This document shows, piece after piece, positions 29,829 through 40,668 of a stretch of 54,618 nt of DNA. Both the position numbers and the translations under genes were made by a program. Source of the stretch: Syntrophus aciditrophicus (GTDB lineage: Bacteria; Desulfobacterota; Syntrophia; Syntrophales; UBA8958). How positions within the stretch are numbered: the first letter of the stretch is position 1; each line of letters opens with the position of its first letter. The stretch covers positions 1-54,618 of the forward strand of contig DYRD01000006.1 of NCBI GenBank assembly GCA_020718905.1, read 5' to 3'. The notes under the pieces are model-generated. The model made no database searches. It was not told the origin of the DNA and saw nothing but the letters and a program-made list of their open reading frames with translations.

Positions 29829-31126
29829 CTATTCGGCCTGCTCGCTTTCCGTTTGCATCAGACTGATCAGCCGATTAAGCAGCCAAATGATCTTTTCCAT
29901 CATTACTGTCAGCTCCAGCAGGCATCCCTTGTCATTTGCCGAAGCGAGTTTGTCGCTGTCCATATATGCCTGGCGCAGTTGTTCCATCGCCGTACCATTG
30001 CGGGAACTGAGGTCCTGGAGTATCCGGACCTGCTCCGGATCGTTTGTTTTCTCGATATCGGCGGCAAAGAGGTCAGCAGAAAGTCTATCGATTCCCGGCA
30101 AGCACCCGCAAGTTCCTTCAGGGAAGGATATGTACTTGCCTGCAAGATGATTTTCACACCGGAAGCGGTACTGTCAGCGAGTTGATCAAGCAAGGCCTGA
30201 CGGGTCTGAAAATAGGCCTGATTCTTAGCCGTATGGGGTTGCATCTTCATGGCTGCCACCGTTGCCGTCGACGCCGCTACCTCGCTCGCAAGGGATTTGA
30301 AGGCAACATACCGGGAGGAGAGGTCCGTACCCCAATAATCTTCCCTTGCCGTAGCGACAAATGCTGCTATTTGTTCCAATTCGCGCGCCTGTTCCAGACG
30401 AATCAGTGCCAGCCCCGTGTCCGGGTCCTCCGGTTGAAATTCCGACAGATATCTGGGATGGGACAGGCCCTCTTCTTCCGATGGCGGGAGAGATCTTGCC
30501 AGCCAGCGGGTCAGCGGTCCATTGATGGTAATAAAAAAGATCGCCGATGTCAGATTGAACAGCAGGAACACCCAGGCGGCCTGATCGTCCAGGTCCGGAA
30601 GGAACGAATTCAGCAGGGCCATTACCAGGGGAACGTGCCAATAGACCTCGATGTAATAGAGGAGAATAAAAACTGACGCCCCAAAGACGTTGAATATGTT
30701 TACAAAGCGAACAAGCTGTCGCGACGTGCCGCGAAACCTCTGTCCGATCATCACCTTGCATATGGTCGAACCGATCGCGGCGCCATACATGAACAGGAAT
30801 GCCTGCGGACTCGTCAGGATACCTTCCCGCGCCAGTCCAATGGCCACCAGTGCTACCGCCGTTGAGGACTGGGCTATGAATCCGAGCATCATGCCTGCAC
30901 TGATCAGGCTTGCCAAGATTACCAGCGCTGCCGAGGTGCTCTGCATAACTGCCCCGGATCCCAGGCCGAAGGCCAGGGCACGTACCCGCGATGAGACAAA
31001 CCGGGTTGCCAACATCCGGAACTGCCTGCTGCCCACTTGCTTGAGAACGAAGGAGAGCATTTGAACGCCGGTGAACATCAACCCCAGGCCCAGAAGAATT
31101 TTACCGATTACGACGATCATCATCAC
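29829..31126 (-). pseudogene. Na/Pi cotransporter family protein, internally deleted and frameshifted near 30070
   Basis: Two QS[TS] repeats (MQSTSA, AQSSTA) sit abnormally close and only one GAAIG is present; the PhoU-like C-terminus continues in ORF 29829..30101. Confidence 0.7.
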
Positions 31127-31371
31127 CCCAAATTTCCAGACTTATTGCCTTTCAGACTTTTCCGCGGGGGATTGGGAATATAGGGTAAAAAGGTCTTGCA
31201 TGTCAAAAGAATAATAACTTTTGGATAACGGGTTGACAGAATCTCCGGAAAAAAATAGACTTCCAAACGCCGATACGGGTCGCCGCCTGACTTTAAGCGG
31301 ACAGTACTATTGACAGACCTTCCCCGGCAAGATCCCGACGCCGTTTATCATATTGATATTCAAGATATTTT

Positions 31372-32547
31372 ATGAAAACTACCGTAAATCTTTTCCGTCA
31401 GCCCCTCTTCCCCGCAATAATGCCGGCCCGGTACCTCCGCCGTCTCAACCGTTTTGTCATCGAATGCGATCTCGACGGACGGGTAGTGAAGGCGCACCTG
31501 CCCAATCCGGGGCGGCTATGGGAGTTGCTCGTTCCGGGAAGGGTGGTTAAGCTGGCAAAAAACACCGCTCTTCCCGAGGGGGAGACCCATTTTACCGCCG
31601 TCGCCGTGGAACGGGAAGGCGTCACGGTGCTCCTCCATACGCAGAAATCAAACGACGTCGTACAGTTCCTCCTGGAGCAACGACTGGTCCCGGGCCTGGA
31701 AACCGCAGCAATCGTCAAGAGGGAATTCTCCCTGGGGGACAGCCGCTTCGACTTTCTCCTGGAGGAGGGGAAAGAAAAGATCCTCCTCGAAGCGAAGTCC
31801 TGCACCCTCTTCGGCGCTTCCCTCGCCATGTTCCCCGACGCCGTTACCGCCCGGGGGAGGCGGCATCTCCTCGAACTGGCCGCCCATACCCGGAACGGCT
31901 ACCGCTGCGGCGTGATCTTTGTGATCCACTCTCCCCGCCCCGGCCTTTTTCTTCCCGATTACCACACCGACTACGCCTTCTCCCAAACCTTCCGGGCGCA
32001 GCAAAACATCCTTTTTTTCCGGGCGCTGGGCATCGCCTGGCAGGAAGACCTCCGCCTCAGCACGGACATTCGGGAGGCCAAAATCCCCTGGCCCCTCCTG
32101 GACCGGGAATGCCGGGATCAGGGCAGCTACCTGCTCCTCCTCACCCTCCCATCGGACATCGTGGTCTCCGTGGGTTCCCTGGGGCGGATCCATTTCCCCG
32201 CCGGTTATTATCTATATGTGGGCTCGGCAAAAAGAAACTTGGCAAAAAGGCTGGAACGCCATCTGCGGAATCGGAAAAACTTTCACTGGCACATCGATTA
32301 TCTCCGGGACGTGGCGTCTTCCTGCCTCGCCCTGCCCTTCCGGACCCAGGATGATCTCGAACATGACCTGGCCGCCGCCCTGGATAGAATCGCCGACTGG
32401 TCCATCCCGAAATTCGGTGCCGCGGACTGCTCCTGCCCGAGCCATCTCTTCGGCATGACTACCAACCCTCTCCCCAGGCCTGACTTTTTGAAATTACTTC
32501 AATATTTCCGAATGGACCGCCTCATCGTAGCGAATAGAGACCTTTGA
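31372..32547 (+). CDS. sfsA: SfsA nuclease fused to a GIY-YIG (DUF123) domain
   Basis: RLNRF, HLPNPGRL, SRFDF, EAKSCTL, FPDAVTARGRRHL; C-terminal GYYLYVGSA..RH..HWHIDY..FGAADCSCPSHL. Confidence 0.9.
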   Translation: MKTTVNLFRQPLFPAIMPARYLRRLNRFVIECDLDGRVVKAHLPNPGRLWELLVPGRVVKLAKNTALPEGETHFTAVAVEREGVTVLLHTQKSNDVVQFLLEQRLVPGLETAAIVKREFSLGDSRFDFLLEEGKEKILLEAKSCTLFGASLAMFPDAVTARGRRHLLELAAHTRNGYRCGVIFVIHSPRPGLFLPDYHTDYAFSQTFRAQQNILFFRALGIAWQEDLRLSTDIREAKIPWPLLDRECRDQGSYLLLLTLPSDIVVSVGSLGRIHFPAGYYLYVGSAKRNLAKRLERHLRNRKNFHWHIDYLRDVASSCLALPFRTQDDLEHDLAAALDRIADWSIPKFGAADCSCPSHLFGMTTNPLPRPDFLKLLQYFRMDRLIVANRDL

Positions 32548-32701
32548 AAAATCACCTTTCAGCACCCCTATTATCATTCCGGGCTTAACCTGGAAGGATA
32601 TAAAAGGTAATTTCACTAAAGTCCCGGATCATGGTCATATTTGCATCTTCTGATTGAATAATTCCGCCTTTCATGACAGAAAAATATCGCACCCTTTCAT
32701 T

Positions 32702-32784
32702 CTGTCATTCCGGGCCTGACGAGGAATCCAGCATTTTCTATCAGCTATGCATTTTCCCGATTCCCGCCTGCGCAGGAATGACAG
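32702..32784. repeat. REP-like palindromic element (GTCATTCC..GGAATGAC type)
   Basis: 10-bp perfect terminal IR CTGTCATTCC/GGAATGACAG with internal GGAATCCAG and GATTCCCGCCTGCGCAGGAAT; degenerate copy near 32573-32640. Confidence 0.75.
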
Positions 32785-32831
32785 CTTGAGGGGAAGCAAA
32801 ATTTTGCGAACTTGTCGACAATAGGCCTGCG

Positions 32832-34012
32832 ATGAAAATTATCCACACCTCCGACTGGCATCTTGGCCGCGCCCTCCACGGCCGGAAAAGATACGAAGAA
32901 GGCGAGGCGTTCCTGAACTGGCTGGCCGGTCTCATTGAAGAGCAAAATGTCGATGCCCTCCTCGTTGCCGGCGATGTCTTCGACAGCACCACCCCCAGCA
33001 ACCGGGCCCAGGAATTGTACTACCGGTTTCTCTGCCGGACGGCTGCCGCTGCCCACCGCCAGGTGGTGATAATCGCGGGCAATCACGATTCGCCGTCCTT
33101 CCTGAACGCCCCCCGGGAAATCCTGAAATTCCTCAATGTCCATGTCGTCGGGGACGCCTCCGGCCCTCCCGCGTCTGCGCCATCCCCTATCTCCGGGACC
33201 GCGATATCCGCACCACCGAGGCGGGGGAAAGCGTCGCGGACAAGGAAAGAAAGATCGTTGCCTGCATCAGGAACCACTACCGTCGCGTCTGTGCAGCCGC
33301 CGCAGAGCGGCGGGCCCTCCTGGGCAATCCGGTTCCGATTGTCGCCATGGGACACCTCTTTACGGCAGGCGGCCAGACCATGGACGGCGACGGGGTGCGG
33401 GAGCTCTATATCGGCGCCCTGGCCCAGGTCGGGACGGATATTTTTCCCGGGAACATCGATTACCTGGCCCTGGGGCACCTCCACATGCCCCAGGCAGTGG
33501 GCGGCTCCGAATTTATCCGTTATTCCGGCTCGCCTCTCCCCATCGGCTTCGGGGAAGGGAACCAGGAAAAAACGGTCATCATGATCGAGTTTGCCGGGCC
33601 TAAACCCCGGATCACGAATATCCCGACGCCGCGGTTCCAGGAGTTGCTGACCCTGAGGGGAGATTGGCCGGCGGTTTCCGGGAAAATTGAGGAGCTGAAG
33701 TCCCGCCGGAGCCGTGCCTGGCTGGAGATCGTCTATGAAGGGGACGAGGTCGCGGGGAGTCTGCGGGGACGGTTGGATGAGGCCGTTGCCGGAACGGATA
33801 TGGAAGTCCTCCGGGTCGGGAACAACCGCATTCTGGAACGGGCCCTGAGGGGAACGGACGGGGGGGAGACCCTCGACGATCTCGATGCGACCGAGGTGTT
33901 CCGACGCTGCCTCGCCGCCCATGAAGTCCCGGAAGATCAACATTCCGCCCTCCTGGAGGCCTACGGGGAGGTTATCGTCTCCCTGGAGGAGACAGATCCC
34001 CGGGCGGAATAG
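32832..34012 (+). CDS. sbcD: Exonuclease SbcD, broken by a deletion and frameshift near 33170
   Basis: HTSDWHLG, AGDVFD, GNHDS; second frame VCAIPYLR..MGHLF..YLALGHLH..RYSGSP. Confidence 0.92.
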
Positions 34013-34025
34013 GAGACAAGAAGAA

Positions 34026-36571
34026 ATGAGAATTCTCGGCATCCGGTTCAAGAATCTGAATTCCCTCACCGGGGAATGGCAGGTAGATTTTACCCATCCC
34101 GACTATGCCTCCGACGGCATTTTCGCCATTACCGGCCCCACCGGGTCGGGAAAGACCACGATCCTTGACGCCGTCTGTCTTGGCCTTTACGGTCGGACGC
34201 CCCGCCTCGACAAGGTCACGAAAGGCAGCAACGAGATCATGTCGCGCCAGACCGGAGAGTGCTTTGCCGAGGTCGATTTCGAGACCCAGCAGGGGCGTTA
34301 CCGATGCCACTGGAGCCAGCATCGCGCCCGGAGGCGCCACGACGGGGAATTGCAGCCGGCCCGGCATGAAATAGCCGCCGCCTCCGGCGCCGTCCTGGAG
34401 TCGGGAATAACCCCCGTAGGTGAATTCATCGCCAAGGTAACGGGCATGGACTTCGAACGGTTCACCCGCTCCATGCTCCTTGCCCAGGGAGGGTTCGCGG
34501 TCTTTCTTCAGGCCGGGTCCGAGGACCGGTCCCAGATCCTGGAACAGATAACGGGCACGGAAATCTACATCCGGATCTCCATGAAGGTTCATTAACGAAG
34601 GACGGCGGAACGCACCCGCCTGGAGAGCCTCAAGAGTGAATTATCGGGGATACGGATTCTCGGCGGCGACGCAGAGGAAGAGCTGCAAAACAACCTGGCC
34701 GTAACACAGCGCCGGGAAGGGGAAAGCCTCCGCCAAGCGGCAACCTGGCTTGAGGGATTGGCCGTCATGGAGAAAGACTTGGCTGATCTGGACCGGCGGT
34801 GTCAGGAGGGAGAAGTACGCCAGGCGGCCTTTGCTCCGGAGGCAAAGAGGCTCGCGAAAGCACGCCGGGCCCTCGTTCTGGAAGGAGACTACCGGTCGGT
34901 CGTGAGTCTGCGCACCCAGCAGGATCATGAGCAAAAGGAGCTCATCACCACTGCCGTAAGACTTGCGGAAATTGAACAGGCCGGGGCCGACGCCCGGGCA
35001 ATAAAGGATAGCGCCGAGAACCGGTTGGCGGAGGTCCGAAATGAGCAGTCCGCGGCGGCAGAAATTATCAGAGCGACCCGTGAGCTCGATACCAGGCTCA
35101 GGGAAATGAAGAACCAGGGTGAAGAAAAGGAAAAGGCCCTTCAGGAAGGAAACAGGCGGCATCAGGAACATGGCCGCCGCCTGGAAAAGGGTCGGGAGGA
35201 ACTGGAAAAAGCACAACAGGACCTGGAGGCAGTGCGTGCATACCGTCAGGCCCATGCTCATGACGCCGTCCTGATGGCCAATTTGGCCGCCATTCGCCTT
35301 GGCTTTGCCTCGCTTCGGGAGATCGCCGCGCGCCATGAAGGCACCTGTCAAGAGCTCGCCCTCCATGAGGCAACCAGAGAGACCCTTTATGCAGAACACA
35401 AACAGAGGGGGGACACTTACGAAAAAACATGCCGGGAATTTGAGGAAAGGCAAAGAACGGTCAATCTTCTCACCGCGCAACTTGACGAGCTGCGGCAAGG
35501 ACGTGAACTCAGCCAGTGGCATAACGAACGAAACAATCTGAAAGACCGGGAGGTTTCCCTCGTCAAAGCCATGGAGATCGTCACGCGGAGAGAGTCAACC
35601 CTTGAAGCTATCCGCGCCGCCGCGAAGGAACTGGCAGCGACAAGGGACCGTCAGGGGGCACTGGCTATAGAGATTAAGGCCGCTGTCGATAAAAAATCCG
35701 CCCTGGAATCACATATTACCGATCTGGAAACCCAAGCCGCACTCCTGAACCGCATCCGCAGCCTGGAGGAAGACCGGAAACGCCTCCTAGACGGACGACC
35801 CTGCCCTTTGTGCGGCGCCCTCGACCATCCCTACGCCCAGGGCAATGTCCCCGAACCGAGCGCCGCGGAGCAGGAGCTGAACAAATCAAGACGGCCGCCG
35901 CTATTGAACATGAAGAAAACATCCGTTCCTGCGAGGGGCAGCTCAAACAGATCAGACTCGAAATCGGCGGCATAATCAAAACTCTGCAGGATAACGATGA
36001 CCTGAGGAAAAGACAGCAGGAACGCCTCCGGCAGCTCGACGCCCAGAAAAAGGAATGTCTGCGCTGGGATACGTTGCATCAATTGATCGGCTCGGCGGAC
36101 GGCAAGAAATTCCGCAATTTCGCCCAGGGGCTGACTTTCGAGATGATGGTCTCTCACGCCAACGGGCAACTCCGCAAGATGACGGACCGCTATCTTCTCA
36201 TCAGAGACGTCGGGCAGCCGCTGGAACTGAATGTGATCGACAACTACCAGGCCGGGGAGATCCGCTCCACGAAAAACCTCTCCGGCGGCGAAAGCTTCCT
36301 CGTCAGCCTGGCCCTGGCCCTTGCGCAGATGGCCAGCCGGAACGTGCGTGTTGATTCCCTTTTTCTCGATGAAGGATTTGGAACCCTTGACGAAGAGGCA
36401 CTCGAAACGGCTCTGGAGACGCTGGCCGGCCTCCGGCGGGACGGAAAGCTCATCGGCGTCATCTCCCATATCGCCGCTCTTAAAGATCGGATCAGCGCCC
36501 AGATACAGGTCATACCATAGCGGGGGGGCCGCAGCCGCATCGTCGGTCCCGGCTGCCGGCGGATTGCTTAG
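34026..36571 (+). CDS. sbcC: Exonuclease SbcC, interrupted (TAA 34593, frameshift or deletion near 35885, TAG 36518)
   Basis: NLNSL, TGPTGSGKT, LAQG.F..FL, coiled coil, Zn hook CPLCG, LSGGE, LFLDEGFGTLD, VISH. Confidence 0.92.
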
Positions 36572-36586
36572 GTGTACGGTTAATCC

Positions 36587-37045
36587 TCAGGCCATTTCCC
36601 GGGCGTGATAATTCATGACCATGCGTCTCAGATTGCCCTTGAAGAGGACATCCATCCGCTGCTCTTCCAGGATCTTCTCCACAAAACCGATCCCGAAGGA
36701 CGGATGGTTGATCACATCCCCTCTTTGATACCGGCCGGTCATGTGATAATCGGCAATGGCGGCATTCTCCTTTAACTCCCGGTGTCTCTGGAGCCAGCGT
36801 TGCGTCTCCGCTGCTTCCGCCTGCCGGCTCTCCTCGTCTGCCTTTGTTCCGACTCGCCTCGTTCGTTCTTTTCCGGCTTCTCCGCTTTTCGTCCGGGGCT
36901 TCGATCCCCGATACTTGTGTTCGGCACCGCAGGTCTTGCATTTTACCTGGGCAATCACACCTCGGACTTCATAAAGGATGATGTGGGCGAGAACCATCCC
37001 GCACTTGGTGCAAAGGGCGTCGATATTTTTTCCAACGGATGACAT
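36587..37045 (-). CDS. Conserved hypothetical Zn-ribbon protein
   Basis: CTKC..H and CKTC..H motifs; C-terminal I.HPSFG.G.V beta domain. Confidence 0.8.
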   Translation of the reverse strand: MSSVGKNIDALCTKCGMVLAHIILYEVRGVIAQVKCKTCGAEHKYRGSKPRTKSGEAGKERTRRVGTKADEESRQAEAAETQRWLQRHRELKENAAIADYHMTGRYQRGDVINHPSFGIGFVEKILEEQRMDVLFKGNLRRMVMNYHAREMA

Positions 37046-37138
37046 ATATGTTTCCTTCCTGAATCTTGTTTTTATGTATACCACACTTTTCGATGAGGCA
37101 GCCATTTATTATCACCCAGGGGAAAATTTACCTTCGCA

Positions 37139-37420
37139 TCAACTCTTAGGGTGCCGATTTACGAAGGCTTCTAATTTCTTGTACTGCGCGGCGGCAGCTG
37201 TCTTAAGATCGTCATACCCTTTCTTGTAAGCATTCATCCAGGCGTTGACGAACTTCTTGCCCTCTGCGGAAAATCAGGGTGATTGCTCCAGAGAATTACC
37301 GACCAGCTTCTCTGTGTTTTTCTTAATCCTTGTCATTGCATTAACGCTGTTGTCGATGGCATTTTTGTAAAAACCCGTCATCTGCTGTATCATCTTTGCG
37401 TAGTCTTTTGCGTAATCCAT
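37139..37420 (-). CDS. Small helical phasin-like protein with an in-frame TGA at 37274-37276
   Basis: MIQQMTGFYKNAIDNS..EQSP*FSAEGKKFVNAWMNAYKKG; the frame stays open to TGA 37139. PHA-granule protein resemblance is from recall. Confidence 0.6.
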
Positions 37421-37574
37421 TTTTTCATATATCATTTTCTTTATTTTTATTAATATAATAACGATATTTCCCCTTGTCAATAAAATATCTTTTGCCCTTT
37501 TCAGTTATGCAAAACATTTCGTTTGGTGCTAGTCAAGGAGAGATAAACCGATACAGAAAGGACCTTTATAATTT

Positions 37575-38651
37575 ATGTACGCCGTCATCATGGCGGGAGG
37601 CAAGGGCGCCCGGTTCTGGCCGCGGAGCAGAAACCGCCTCCCCAAGCACCTCCTTGACATCTGCAACGAAAGAACAATCATTCAGGAAACTGTGGAGAGG
37701 ATTATCCCCCTGACACCGCCGGAAAAGATCCTCATCGTCACCGGGGCCAGTCACGCCCGAGAACTGATCGGACAACTCCCCCAAATCACGCCGGAGAATA
37801 TCCTCATCGAACCGGTGGGTCGCAACACCGCCCCCTGCATCGGCCTGGCGGCCCTCGTGGTCCGCAAACGGGCCGGAAATGCCGTGATGGCCGTCCTGCC
37901 CTCGGATCATCTGATTGCCGACGAGGAGCACTTCCGCCACGTTCTGGCTGCCGCCGCCGACATGGCCGCCCGGGGAGATCACCTGGTAACGCTCGGGATC
38001 CGTCCCACGGGACCGGAAACGGGCTACGGCTATATCGAGGAGGGCAAACTTGCCACCCGCGAGCGGGGAGAAGACATCTTCACCGTCAAGTCCATTCGGG
38101 AAAAACCGGATGCCGAACTGGCGAAAACGTTCCTGGCCCGGGGGGGCTTTTACTGGAACAGCGGCATGTTCATCTGGCAGGCCGCAACCATTCTCAAGGA
38201 AATGGAGGCCTCCCTGCCGGATATCTATGAGGGCCTCCTTGCGATCGACAAGGCCCTGGGCACACCGGCGGAGGCAAAGATCATCGCCGATGCTTACGGC
38301 CGTTTTCGCTCCATATCCATTGATTACGGCGTCATGGAAACGTCTAAAAACACCCTCGTCATTCCCGCCGACTTCGGCTGGTCCGATGTCGGAAGCTGGG
38401 ACGCCCTGTGGGAGGTTTCCGAGAAAGACGATCAGGGGATCGCCGCCCGGAACCGGGAAGGCCTGATCAGCGTAAATTCCCGTAACTCTCTTGTTTATTC
38501 ACCGAAGAAGCTCGTCGCCCTGGTGGAGGTCACGGACCTGATCGTCGTGGAAACGGAAGACGCCCTGCTGATCTGTAAACGGGGGGCCTCCCAGGAGGTG
38601 AAAAAGGTCGTGGAGACACTGGAAGAAGAAAAGCGGGAGGAATATCTGTAA
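37575..38651 (+). CDS. manC: Mannose-1-phosphate guanylyltransferase
   Basis: MAGGKG.RFWP.SR..PK, EPVGRNTAP, PSDH, ETGYGYI, WNSGMF, SIDYGVME, WSDVGSW; no cupin isomerase domain. Confidence 0.93.
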   Translation: MYAVIMAGGKGARFWPRSRNRLPKHLLDICNERTIIQETVERIIPLTPPEKILIVTGASHARELIGQLPQITPENILIEPVGRNTAPCIGLAALVVRKRAGNAVMAVLPSDHLIADEEHFRHVLAAAADMAARGDHLVTLGIRPTGPETGYGYIEEGKLATRERGEDIFTVKSIREKPDAELAKTFLARGGFYWNSGMFIWQAATILKEMEASLPDIYEGLLAIDKALGTPAEAKIIADAYGRFRSISIDYGVMETSKNTLVIPADFGWSDVGSWDALWEVSEKDDQGIAARNREGLISVNSRNSLVYSPKKLVALVEVTDLIVVETEDALLICKRGASQEVKKVVETLEEEKREEYL

Positions 38652-38986
38652 TACCCTTTCTTTCCCCAGCAACTAGGGCAGGGTCATCTGTTAATGGTTA
38701 TCCCCGGTGACTATCAAAGTGGTGATTACGGAAGAAGTAATGGATATAACGAAGAATCCATTGGCAATGGTTCTGCTCCATGCGATACCCGTAGCGGTGA
38801 TAACGAAGGACCTCGCGACCTGGTCCATTACCTTGAGATTTGGCTGGTGGCTGCGCTTCGCTTGGTTTTTGAGAGATCAACACCGACGTTGACCTGAAGA
38901 AAAACCAAAGACGGACCCTGGGGTCCTTCTTGCCGCAGCTTGGCTGCACGGTCCGGGAGCAAACGCCGAGCACCAAGGAAAAATCG

Positions 38987-39439
38987 ATGAACGCTGACAC
39001 AACGCAATTTTCTAATATAGCTGAATTGTTGGTGGAACAATCCCCGGATGGCATCGTGTTCGCCGACAAAGCAGGCATAATTCGCGTTTGGAATATTGCA
39101 GCGGAGAGGATTTTCGGATTTACAGCCAGTGATGCCCTGGGAGCAAATCTAAATATTATCATTCCCGAACGCCTCCGGGATACCCATTGGCGCGGGTTCG
39201 AACGTGCCATTGCCGAGCGCGCCACGAAGTACGCCGGGCAAGCTCTACCCACCAGAGCAGTTCGTTCGGATGGCACTTATCTATATGCCGAGCTCAGCTT
39301 CGCTATTGTCCTTGATGCAAAGAGTGATGTCCTGGGCGCGCTAGCCCATGCACGCGACATTACTGAACGCTTCGAGAAAGAGCGTGTTGATAGAAAACGT
39401 CTCCGAGAGCTCGAGAAAATATTAGCTTGCAAGGCCTAA
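38987..39439 (+). CDS. Stand-alone PAS-domain protein
   Basis: SPDGIVFAD..WNIAAERIFG..IIPERLR..HW.GF..RDITER. Confidence 0.88.
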   Translation: MNADTTQFSNIAELLVEQSPDGIVFADKAGIIRVWNIAAERIFGFTASDALGANLNIIIPERLRDTHWRGFERAIAERATKYAGQALPTRAVRSDGTYLYAELSFAIVLDAKSDVLGALAHARDITERFEKERVDRKRLRELEKILACKA

Positions 39440-39512
39440 TCTGGCAGCCGGGGGTAGCGAAACCCCAGCTCCTTGGCAGATAGAAGCCCTCGATCTTTTA
39501 GCTATTCGCAAC

Positions 39513-39914
39513 CTATCTTGACATGGTACCGCTGGAATCGGGGGAAGTAATGTAAAGAGGCAACCCCGGAAACGACTGAGTACTTGACCCCGGGGAAGCG
39601 CCCTGCTGAGCAGACGCACTCGGTTCGACATAAACCGGTTTCCCCTTGACGGTAAAGCTTCCTGTTGTGAGGGCCTTGACGATTTTTGCCGCCGTGGTTT
39701 TCCCGTCGTCAAAGGTGACGACGACAATCCCTTCTCTCGGCATCTCGAATTTGCCGACACCGTCCGTACTTCTAAGGATGGACCCCATCCTGGCCCGATC
39801 CCCTCAGGAATTGCAGCCGGGAACGCTTAATTGCACCGTCCTCATTTCGGCCCGGGCAAATTGGCTGCTCCCCATCTGGATCGCCAAACAGAGGGTGAGA
39901 ATAAAAGCCTTCAT
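39513..39914 (-). CDS. Putative secreted HMA-like selenoprotein (CxxU), 133 aa
   Basis: ATG 39914 reads MKAFILTLCLAI..ARAEMRTVQLSVPGCNS-TGA(39806-39804)-GDRARMGSIL, in frame with ORF 39513..39788; hairpin just downstream of the TGA. Confidence 0.7.
39775..39791 (-). promoter_or_regulatory. Candidate bacterial SECIS element
   Basis: AGGATGG-GGT-CCATCCT, a perfect 7-bp stem with a GGU loop, starting 12 nt after the UGA. Confidence 0.6.
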
Positions 39915-40071
39915 AAATGACCCTTCAAGCTCCTTTTGCTGCAATGATTCTTGCGATTATCGCCGCGGCGACGGCAGGCGATTTTTCTGTCCTTCTTCGC
40001 CGCAAATTTTCAATTTGTCAAGTAGCAAAGAAGCTGTTACATAGTTGCCGCTTCACGAAAGGAAAGACGAT

Positions 40072-40668
40072 ATGGGTCTGATTCTTAGCCATCCCCTGAT
40101 CCTTGCCTCCGCCTCTCCCCGGCGGGAGGAACTGTTGCGCCTGTTGGGACTTGATTTCCAGGTTATCCCCAGCCGGACCGACGAGACGTTCTTCATTAAC
40201 GAAAAACCTGCCGAGCACGTCCTGAGGCTTGCGGAAAACAAGGCCCACACCGTCGCCCAGACCCATCCTCACGCCTGGGTCCTGGGGGCGGATACCATTG
40301 TGGTCATCGACGGCGAGGTCCTGGGCAAGCCGGCCGATGCTTCCGCCGCAGGGCGCATGCTTGAAAAACTCAGCGGCCGGACCCACGAGGTCTTTACGGG
40401 CTTTGCTCTTATGCGCCTGGCCGGACAGGTCGCCATCAAAGAAGGGGTCCGGGCCGCCGTCACCTTTCGGAACATTTCCGCAGATGAAAAATTGTGGTAT
40501 ATAAAGTCGCCGGAACCCTATGACAAGGCCGGGGCCTACGCCGTCCAGGGGCTGGGGGCCTTCTTCATCAAGGAGATCCAGGGGTCCTATACCAATGTCA
40601 TGGGCCTGCCCCTCTGTGAGGTCGTGGATGTGTTGAAAAAGACCGGATCCCTGAGGTTCGAGGTATGA
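40072..40668 (+). CDS. maf: Maf nucleotide pyrophosphatase
   Basis: ILASASPRR, GADTIV, LGKP, LSGRTH, DKAGAY, NVMGLP. Confidence 0.95.
   Translation: MGLILSHPLILASASPRREELLRLLGLDFQVIPSRTDETFFINEKPAEHVLRLAENKAHTVAQTHPHAWVLGADTIVVIDGEVLGKPADASAAGRMLEKLSGRTHEVFTGFALMRLAGQVAIKEGVRAAVTFRNISADEKLWYIKSPEPYDKAGAYAVQGLGAFFIKEIQGSYTNVMGLPLCEVVDVLKKTGSLRFEV

Noticed and set aside
37274-37276. Selenocysteine at the TGA in the phasin-like gene
   Set aside because: The context suggests Trp rather than Cys, there is no redox motif, and no convincing SECIS hairpin follows.
38694-38897. Short ORFs between manC and the PAS gene
   Set aside because: No recognisable motif or clear RBS; cannot be supported.
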